Under the pieces are notes generated by a model that saw nothing but the letters and a program-made list of their open reading frames with translations, did no database searches and was not told where the DNA came from. From an uncultured Syntrophomonadaceae bacterium (GTDB lineage Bacteria > Bacillota > Syntrophomonadia > Syntrophomonadales > Syntrophomonadaceae), in contig CAZUSS010000001.1 in the NCBI GenBank assembly GCA_964623245.1, forward strand, positions 30,821 through 94,820: a DNA stretch of 64,000 bases, in the 5' to 3' direction. Position 1 is the stretch's first letter. Every line of letters begins with the position of its first letter. Of the stretch, positions 57,700-64,000 are shown piece after piece. The translations under genes and the position numbers were made by a program.

Positions 57700-59334
57700 T
57701 TATTCCACAGCTACTAAATAACTATAATGTGGTTGCCCGCCGTAGTGGGTCTCTATTTCATAATTCACATATTTATCAGTAACCTTTTCCATAGCTAAGT
57801 TAGCTTCATCTGCACTAACCTCTTCACCATAGAAAAAGGTAATAAGTTCGCTGTCATCATCTAACATCTCCTCAATAACCTCAAGCAAGGCATCCTCTAC
57901 GGTTTCAGCCACTAGGGAGATTTTGCCTGCAATTATACCTATAACATCGCCTTCCTTAATACTTAGCCCATTAATAGTCGAATCGCGAACCGCATGAGTA
58001 ATTTCAGCATACTTTACTTGTTCAATTTCCTTGGCCATGGCCAAGGTTACTTCCTCTATATCCCCACTATCTTCAAAAGCGATTAAAGCAGTTACTGCCT
58101 GCATAACCGATTTTGTAGGTACTACCATAACTTCCTTATCTTCTATAAGGTGACTTACTTGTTCAGCCGCCATAATAATGTTACCGTTATTGGGTAATAT
58201 TATTATAGATTCAGCATTTATCGAATTACAGGCATTTAATAACTCCTCAGTACTAGGATTCATGGTCTGACCGCCCTCTACAACTATGTCAACTCCCAAG
58301 CTCTTGAGGATCTCTATTATTCCCTTTCCTACACCTACAGATACCAAACCAATTTTTCGCCTGGCTAAGGGGACAGCTGCTTCCTGTAACCCCCAATTAT
58401 TCATATGTTCATGGGCTTCTTCCAACATATTATTAATTTTGATGTCATTCAAATCTCCCCATTGGAGACAAGTTTCCAAAACTTTGCCAGGGTGATTCGA
58501 ATGAATATGTACCTTAACCAAATCCTCATCACCCACTACTAATAAGGAATCACCCAAAGCATCCAAGTGATCTCTTATATTCCCCAAATCTGGGTTACTA
58601 ACTCCAATAATCAAAAGTTCAGTACAATATTGAAACTCTATATCTAAATCTGCCTTGAGTTTACTTGCATCTTCATTAAGCATAAATTCCCTATAAGTAT
58701 CAAGTTCTATTTCTCTTTGGCGTGCTAACCCTTCTATCATACCTTCCAAAAAGTATAAGAGCCCTTGCCCACCAGCATCAACTACCCCTGCTTCCCTCAG
58801 CACAGGCAACATTTGCGGGGTTTTTTCTAAAGTCTTATAGCCATGTTGAACAGCAGCTAACAGACAAGCTATGATATCCTCTTGATTTTTAGCCGCTTCC
58901 TCACAGGCCCCCGCAACTTCACGTACCACGGTGAGAATAGTCCCCTCTACGGGTTTCATTACCGCCTTATAAGCAGTATCGGAACCCGCCCTTAAAGCTA
59001 AAGCAATATCCAATGCACTCGCTTCCTGCTTATCCTCTAAGACCTTGGCCATACCCCGAAAAATTTGGGACATGATTACCCCAGAATTACCACGAGCACC
59101 CATCAAAGAACCCATTGAGGCTGCCTTAGCTATTTTCCCTAGGGGTTTATCTACATTCTTTTCCGCCTCTTTGACCGCGGATTGCAAGGTTAAATACATA
59201 TTAGTTCCGGTATCACCATCAGGTACGGGGAAAACATTAAGCAAGTCGACCTTATCCTTGTTATGCTCTAATTTAATACAACCTGCTTTAATACTCCTTG
59301 TCCAGTCAATACCATTTACCAACTCTAAACTCAA
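57700..59334 (-). CDS. DAK2 domain-containing protein (YloV family)
   Basis: N-terminal Dak2 phosphatase-like domain (NVFPVPDGDTGTNM), ~544 aa. yloU-yloV-recG synteny. Confidence 0.88.
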   Translation of the reverse strand: MSLELVNGIDWTRSIKAGCIKLEHNKDKVDLLNVFPVPDGDTGTNMYLTLQSAVKEAEKNVDKPLGKIAKAASMGSLMGARGNSGVIMSQIFRGMAKVLEDKQEASALDIALALRAGSDTAYKAVMKPVEGTILTVVREVAGACEEAAKNQEDIIACLLAAVQHGYKTLEKTPQMLPVLREAGVVDAGGQGLLYFLEGMIEGLARQREIELDTYREFMLNEDASKLKADLDIEFQYCTELLIIGVSNPDLGNIRDHLDALGDSLLVVGDEDLVKVHIHSNHPGKVLETCLQWGDLNDIKINNMLEEAHEHMNNWGLQEAAVPLARRKIGLVSVGVGKGIIEILKSLGVDIVVEGGQTMNPSTEELLNACNSINAESIIILPNNGNIIMAAEQVSHLIEDKEVMVVPTKSVMQAVTALIAFEDSGDIEEVTLAMAKEIEQVKYAEITHAVRDSTINGLSIKEGDVIGIIAGKISLVAETVEDALLEVIEEMLDDDSELITFFYGEEVSADEANLAMEKVTDKYVNYEIETHYGGQPHYSYLVAVE

Positions 59335-59348
59335 CTTATAATCCTCCC

Positions 59349-59711
59349 CTACACTTCACTAAGAACTTTGACACCCTTGACATTAACGTTAACCGCAGCA
59401 ACTGGTAGGCCAGCATTATTCTCCAAAATATAGGTTACCTTCTGCATTACATTATAAGCAACTTCATTTATTTTAATACCATAGCCGACTATAACATGAA
59501 CATCAATAACTAGTCCATCTTCCAAGCGGCTAACTTCAACACCCTTGCGAATTGATTCTAGCCCTAAAATGCTTGATATTTCTGCTTTAATATTATGGGC
59601 TACCATACCTACCAAGCCGTAACAATCTACAGTTGCAAGTCCAGCAATAGTTTCGACTACCTCTTCTGCCACGAAAATATCGCCTAATTCAGTCGTTTTA
59701 ACTTTGTACAT
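59349..59711 (-). CDS. Asp23/Gls24 family envelope stress protein (YloU)
   Basis: 120 aa Asp23-family protein, divergent from rpmB as in B. subtilis. Confidence 0.88.
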   Translation of the reverse strand: MYKVKTTELGDIFVAEEVVETIAGLATVDCYGLVGMVAHNIKAEISSILGLESIRKGVEVSRLEDGLVIDVHVIVGYGIKINEVAYNVMQKVTYILENNAGLPVAAVNVNVKGVKVLSEV

Positions 59712-59837
59712 AATGATTACCTCCTTGCTATAATTTAAAATTATTCTACAATCAAAATATTTTTTCCTTCTTCTTGCCCTTTGCCACGCACTCTGGTAAA
59801 ATATTTAAGTGCATTGTAATTGAGAGGGGGCAGAAAA

Positions 59838-60026
59838 ATGGCTAAGTGTGAAGTATGCGGGAAAGGTGTCTCTTTTGGTAAAAAATATAGCCACTCCCAC
59901 ATTAGAACTAACCGTCAATGGAAACCTAATGTTCAGAGAGTAAAAGCAATTGTTAACGGCAGTCCCAAAAAAATATATGTTTGTACCCGTTGTTTGCGTT
60001 CTGGCAAAGTCGAAAGAGCCATCTAG
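59838..60026 (+). CDS. rpmB: 50S ribosomal protein L28
   Basis: [35 protein letters not shown]... Start at the ATG at 59838, not the track's upstream start. Confidence 0.95.
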   Translation: MAKCEVCGKGVSFGKKYSHSHIRTNRQWKPNVQRVKAIVNGSPKKIYVCTRCLRSGKVERAI

Positions 60027-60032
60027 TTATAC

Positions 60033-60068
60033 AAGCCTTAGGTAGATTTTACCTTAAGGCTTTTTGTC
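60033..60068 (+). terminator. terminator of rpmB (overlaps the 3' end of convergent hslO)
   Basis: AAGCCTTAGG-TAGATTTTA-CCTTAAGGCTT followed by TTTTGTCTTTT. Confidence 0.7.
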
Positions 60069-60941
60069 TTTTAGGGCCAGAATCTCATCTGGGCTAAATT
60101 GGTAGTTTCCATTGCAAAAATTACATCTAGCCTCTAGGACACCCTCTTCCTCATATGTTTCTATTAATTCTTCCTTAGTAAAGCTAGTCAGAATAGACTT
60201 CAATTTCTCCCTATTACAAGTACACTTAAACTCAAGTAACTGCTTACCTAAAACCTTGTATACTAGGCCTGCAAACAATCTTACTAGGATGGGATTTAAA
60301 TCTGGGCTATCTGCCAACAGACTACTTATAGGCCCCATATTTAAAATGTTATTTTCCAAGGTTTCTAATAAGGAATCATCTGCACCGGGCATAGCTTGAA
60401 TAATTAAACCCCCAGCCGTCTTCACACTTAAATCCCTTTCTATCAAAACTCCCAAAGCTACTAAAGCAGGGATTTGTTCTGACATCAAAAAATACCTAGC
60501 CAAATCTTCTGCTATTTCACCACTGGTCAATTCCACCCTTCCCACAAAGGGTTGTTTAAGTCCCATGTTTTTTATAACCTCTAAATAACCATCTTGCCCT
60601 ACAATACCACCAACATTTAGTTTGCCCGGCCGGATAGATGGTAAATCAGCCTGGGGATTAGACATAAAAGCTCTTCCATTACCTTGGCTATCAACTGCAG
60701 CTACAAGTGTACCTGCACTTCCATTACCTACTACTCTTAGGGTTAAAACATCATCCTTCCCCTTGAGGTCACTGCCCATCATTAAGGCAGCAGTTAAGAC
60801 CCGCCCCAAGGCTGCTGATGCTGTTGCTGCAGTATTATGCCTTATATGGGCTTCTTCTACTAAATTAGTAGTACGGGCTAAAGTAACTCTAACCTGCCCC
60901 TCTTGATCCATAGCTTTAATTAGATAATCTTTATCAATCAC
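60054..60941 (-). CDS. hslO: redox-regulated chaperone Hsp33
   Basis: C-terminal zinc centre CTCN...CNFCN. 295 aa. Confidence 0.93.
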   Translation of the reverse strand: MIDKDYLIKAMDQEGQVRVTLARTTNLVEEAHIRHNTAATASAALGRVLTAALMMGSDLKGKDDVLTLRVVGNGSAGTLVAAVDSQGNGRAFMSNPQADLPSIRPGKLNVGGIVGQDGYLEVIKNMGLKQPFVGRVELTSGEIAEDLARYFLMSEQIPALVALGVLIERDLSVKTAGGLIIQAMPGADDSLLETLENNILNMGPISSLLADSPDLNPILVRLFAGLVYKVLGKQLLEFKCTCNREKLKSILTSFTKEELIETYEEEGVLEARCNFCNGNYQFSPDEILALKDKKP

Positions 60942-61122
60942 TACTTTATGTCCCTTCTAAAACTTTATTAGTTTATTATATCCGTAAATTATATAATAAC
61001 AAAATCAAGAAAGTGTTTAGAGGGTTTTATGCCATTTATATATAAATATAAATATTAATACAATATATTATCCTTTTGCATTAAAATCAAATAATAAATA
61101 TAAAAAGGAAGGGGATTAAACA

Positions 61123-61653
61123 ATGGCTTTATATGAATATGAAGGAAAAAGGCCTGTAATTCCAGCCACTACTTTTATTCATCCCGATGCTGTAATAATT
61201 GGAGATGTTGTATTCGGGGAAAATTGTTATGTTGGCGCTGGTGCAGTAATTAGAGGAGATTATGGAAATATAATCATAGGTGATGGCACAAATATACAGG
61301 AAAATGCTACCCTTCATACTGAACCATATTCTACAGCTGTAATTGAAAGTGATGTATTAATAGGACATGCTGCTATTGTACATGGGCCTTGTACAATTGA
61401 AAGCAATACTACCATAGGCATGGGTTCAGTTGTAAATGCGCATACATCAATAGAGGAAGGCTCCTTATTAGCAGCTGGTAGTGTATTACCACCACGGAAA
61501 ACTATACCCAGTCGCAAAGTGGCCATGGGCAACCCCGCTCGGGTAGTAAAAGATGTGGATGAGAATATGCTAACTTATAATCAAGTAGCGATAAAATTAT
61601 ATCAGGATTTAGCTGGTAAGTGTATGGAAGGTCTAAAACGCATAGATGACTAA
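61123..61653 (+). CDS. gamma-carbonic-anhydrase-like / hexapeptide-repeat transferase family protein (YrdA/PaaY-like)
   Basis: Left-handed beta-helix hexapeptide repeats (IIGDVVFGENCYVGAGAVIRGD...). Confidence 0.85.
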   Translation: MALYEYEGKRPVIPATTFIHPDAVIIGDVVFGENCYVGAGAVIRGDYGNIIIGDGTNIQENATLHTEPYSTAVIESDVLIGHAAIVHGPCTIESNTTIGMGSVVNAHTSIEEGSLLAAGSVLPPRKTIPSRKVAMGNPARVVKDVDENMLTYNQVAIKLYQDLAGKCMEGLKRIDD

Positions 61654-61656
61654 TAT

Positions 61657-61686
61657 GAAAAAGGCCAGTAAAAACTGGCCTTTTTC
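61657..61686. terminator. bidirectional terminator between the hexapeptide gene and coaD
   Basis: AAAAAGGCCAG-TAAAAA-CTGGCCTTTTT, flanked by A and T runs. Confidence 0.8.
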
Positions 61687-61700
61687 ATTCTCTTTTGCTT

Positions 61701-62189
61701 TTAAAACTCAATATCCTCTAGTTTTTCTGTTAAACCAGCTTGTACTATCGGTGGAACCATAGTACTAATATCTCCACCCAAAAGTGCGGCTTCCTTAACC
61801 CCGCTAGAACTAAGGTAAATATATTTAGTATCTGCCATAACAAAAATAGTATCTATCTCAGGAATAAGAATTTTATTCATAACAGCCATGCCTGCTTCAT
61901 ATTCGAAATCTGCAACTGTTCTTAAGCCTCTTATTATGGCACAGGCTTTTTTTTCGGCAATATAATTGGCCAACAAGCCGTTAAAACATTCTACTTCTAC
62001 ATTTTCTATATGTTTAGTACTTTCCTTAATAAGTTCTACCCTTTCATCTAATGTAAATAAAGCTTTTTTGGTAACATTATGAACGACCGATACAATAATT
62101 TTATCGAAAATCTTACTAGTCTTTTCTAATATATCAATATGTCCATTAGTTACTGGATCAAAACTACCTGGGTACACGGCTAATCGCAA
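61701..62189 (-). CDS. coaD: phosphopantetheine adenylyltransferase
   Basis: AVYPGSFDPVTNGHIDI motif. Start re-called to the TTG at 62189 (AGGAGG 8 nt upstream), so the track's 17-aa N-terminal extension is unlikely. Confidence 0.93.
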   Translation of the reverse strand: MRLAVYPGSFDPVTNGHIDILEKTSKIFDKIIVSVVHNVTKKALFTLDERVELIKESTKHIENVEVECFNGLLANYIAEKKACAIIRGLRTVADFEYEAGMAVMNKILIPEIDTIFVMADTKYIYLSSSGVKEAALLGGDISTMVPPIVQAGLTEKLEDIEF

Positions 62190-62271
62190 CTGGATTTGCC
62201 TCCTTTCAGTGGTTTTACAATTAAAAATATATATTCTCACTCACAATTCTATCTTCATCGGCAGTTTCCCT

Positions 62272-62314
62272 GCAAAAACATAAAAATAAGCATAAGTTTT
62301 TACCTCATGCTTAT
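62272..62314 (-). terminator. terminator after the thiolase gene
   Basis: Minus strand ATAAGCAT-GAGGTAAAAACTT-ATGCTTAT followed by TTTTATGTTTTTG. The stem is AT-rich. Confidence 0.55.
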
Positions 62315-62359
62315 TTTATGCTTTATTTTAAATTACATGAATTACTACTAGGCCAAACG

Positions 62360-63547
62360 TTAGGATGGTCTGGAGACTATTAGAGATGTACCTTGGCCTC
62401 CACCAATACATAGGGTTGCCAAACCTTTTTTAGCATCCCTTCTATTCATTTCATAGAGCAAAGATACCAAAATTCTGGCTCCTGAAGCCCCAATTGGGTG
62501 TCCTAGTGCTATAGCACCACCATTTACATTTACCCTATCCATTAGCTTATCAAAAGCCAGATCTTTAGCTACAGCCAAAGATTGGGCAGCAAAGGCTTCG
62601 TTTGCTTCAATTAAATCTATATCTTCAATTTTCATATTCGCCTTTTCCAAAGCCTTTTGAGTTGCAGGTATAGGGCCTACACCCATAATGGAGGGGTCAA
62701 CTCCCCCAGAAGCATAACTAACAACAGTCGCCATGGGCTTAATGCCTAATTCTTCTGCCTTCTCTTTACTCATGACAATAATAGCTGCGGCACCATCATT
62801 TATCCCCGAAGCATTACCAGCAGTTACGGTGCCATCTTTTTTAAAGGCTGGTCTCAAATTAGCCATCTTATCTCTAGTAGTTGCACGGGGATGTTCATCT
62901 GTATCAAAAACAAGGTCACCTTTTCGAGTTTTGATAACTACGGGGACTATTTCATCTTTAAAGGTTCCATTCTCGATAGCCTTTTTGGCTAATTCTTGGC
63001 TCCTAAAAGCGAAATCATCTTGTTCTTCACGGGACAGACCCCACTGTTCGGCAACATTTTCCGCAGTAATACCCATATGGTAATCGTTAAATGCTTCCCA
63101 TAGGCCGTCTTTAATCATAGTGTCAACTAGGGCACCATTACCCATTCTGTAGCCATAGCGGGCCTTTTCCAGAGCAAATGGTGCTAGGGTCATATTCTCG
63201 GTCCCACCAGCTAAAATAATATCAGCATCCCCTGCCTTTATTATTTGGGCTGCTAGGCTAACTGCCCTAAGTCCAGAACCACATACTTTGTTCAAAGTAA
63301 AAGAAGTAACAGTTTCGGGAATCCCCGCTTTAATTGCACTCTGACGAGCCACGTTTTGTCCCTGGGCGGCCTGAAGTACACAGCCGAAGATTACTTCATC
63401 TACTTGTTCCCCTCTTAAGCCAGCTCTCTCTAGAGCTTCTTTCATTACCAAGGCACCTAAATCGACCGCAGTGGTATCCTTAAGCTGCCCACCAAATGTC
63501 CCTACTGGAGTTCTGCATGCACCAACTAAAACAACTTCTTTTGCCAT
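62360..63547 (-). CDS. acetyl-CoA C-acetyltransferase (thiolase II)
   Basis: Active-site [28 protein letters not shown] and CIGGGQG motifs. Confidence 0.94.
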   Translation of the reverse strand: MAKEVVLVGACRTPVGTFGGQLKDTTAVDLGALVMKEALERAGLRGEQVDEVIFGCVLQAAQGQNVARQSAIKAGIPETVTSFTLNKVCGSGLRAVSLAAQIIKAGDADIILAGGTENMTLAPFALEKARYGYRMGNGALVDTMIKDGLWEAFNDYHMGITAENVAEQWGLSREEQDDFAFRSQELAKKAIENGTFKDEIVPVVIKTRKGDLVFDTDEHPRATTRDKMANLRPAFKKDGTVTAGNASGINDGAAAIIVMSKEKAEELGIKPMATVVSYASGGVDPSIMGVGPIPATQKALEKANMKIEDIDLIEANEAFAAQSLAVAKDLAFDKLMDRVNVNGGAIALGHPIGASGARILVSLLYEMNRRDAKKGLATLCIGGGQGTSLIVSRPS

Positions 63548-63701
63548 AAAAAAACAACCTCCTGTATCTTATATAATTTAAAGAAATGCAATAAATTTAT
63601 GGAAAATCTTTATAATATTGAAATATTCACATAATTAATTCTATTCCATTTCACACCTTGAAAGCAAGATGATTTTCTTTGGAATATATGCCCTTCCCCA
63701 T

Positions 63702-63735
63702 AAAAAGCCAGGGCACATAAGGGCCCTGGCTTTTT
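63702..63735 (-). terminator. terminator after the Fe-S oxidoreductase gene
   Basis: Minus strand AAAAAGCCAGGGC-CCTTATGT-GCCCTGGCTTTTT. Confidence 0.8.
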
Positions 63736-63758
63736 CATAGTTGAAAAATATTAAGATA

Positions 63759-64000
63759 TTATTGCATTGCTTGCCATAATACTTCTGCTACATCATAAAC
63801 TTTAGTTGTTTCTTCTGCACCTATGCCCTTGACACCATCGTCAAGCATAGTTAGGCAGAAAGGACAGTTAGTTACAATCATATCTGGGTTAACAGTCATT
63901 AATTGGTCAGTTCTAGTTTCATTAATACGCTTGTAGCCCTCTACGGGGTCTTCCTCTAACCACATGCGTCCTCCACCAGCACCACAACAGAACCCAAAGT
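63759..64000 (-). CDS. C-terminal part of a cysteine-rich CCG-domain (HdrD/GlpC/GlcF-like) Fe-S oxidoreductase; 5' end lies outside the window
   Basis: The reading frame stays open to the window edge. It reads ...FGFCCGAGGGRMWLEEDP...NCPFCLTMLDDG, with the CCG and CPxC motifs of the HdrD-like family. Confidence 0.75.
   Translation of the reverse strand, partial: FGFCCGAGGGRMWLEEDPVEGYKRINETRTDQLMTVNPDMIVTNCPFCLTMLDDGVKGIGAEETTKVYDVAEVLWQAMQ

Noticed and set aside
62190-62240. N-terminal extensions in the ORF track (coaD, mraZ, plsX, mtnP, mtnA, paaK-like, ackA, ylbN, tmcAL, rpmB, ftsW, the ATPase).
   Set aside because: In each case an internal ATG, TTG or GTG with a well-spaced GGAGG-type RBS coincides with the conserved family N-terminus. 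The upstream codons lack an RBS and often overlap the neighbouring gene.
63614-63634. Rex-box-like sequence (minus strand TTATGTGAATATTTCAATATT) upstream of the thiolase gene.
   Set aside because: The left half TGTGAA fits the TTGTGAA-N4-TTCACAA consensus. The right half is TTCAATA with a 3-nt rather than 4-nt spacer, so it is not a convincing Rex operator without comparative support.
1-64000. Searched for a defence island, prophage, transposon, CRISPR array, toxin-antitoxin pair or other accessory system.
   Set aside because: No integrase, transposase or recombinase, no direct-repeat array, and no nuclease, TIR, SIR2 or STAND-type domains recognisable by eye. Gene order follows conserved Bacillus/Clostridia core synteny nearly throughout.

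Overview
AT-rich chromosomal core region of an endospore-forming Firmicute (Clostridia/Bacilli-like gene order). It is about 90% coding, and almost every gene is on the minus strand. I see four conserved housekeeping blocks. (1) 1-11.8 kb: a complete dcw cluster, mraZ-rsmH-ftsL-pbp-murE-murF-mraY-murD-ftsW-murG-murC. (2) 16.8-30.4 kb: the recJ-relA-dtd-(MBL hydrolase)-hemZ-hisS-aspS-[6S RNA]-tcdA block, followed by a PaaK/ACT pair. (3) 33.4-53.6 kb: one long co-directional string, rsmD / ylbJ / ylbK / tmcAL(ylbM) / pta-ackA / ylbN-rpmF-plsX-acpP-rnc-(radical SAM) / birA-smc-ftsY-mtnP-mtnA-(class II aldolase)-mtaD-(MoeA-like). (4) 54-64 kb: gpr, SASP genes, recG-yloV-yloU / rpmB, hslO, coaD, a thiolase and the 3' end of a CCG-type Fe-S oxidoreductase. 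I found no tRNA or rRNA genes, CRISPR arrays, transposases, integrases, prophage genes or recognisable defence-system domains, so I do not think this window holds a large novel accessory island. Things not visible in the ORF track: a 6S RNA between aspS and tcdA, rpmF (56 aa), a 40-aa SASP-like mini-ORF, a partial murC, triple MraZ-box repeats, forespore-type promoters, and several corrected start codons. The most interesting under-described items are: an internally duplicated two-P-loop ATPase that is the only plus-strand gene in its neighbourhood; a candidate C-rich (anti-SD type) sRNA in the rsmD/gpr spacer; a DHAP-shunt-like SAM by-product salvage cluster fused behind smc-ftsY; a RecJ with a ~370-aa helicase-C-like tail; and a three-gene envelope cluster (DUF1097-like / YhgE-Pip-like / CuAO-N stalk protein) with a long leader. 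All functional calls rest on motif recognition and synteny by eye. No database search was run.
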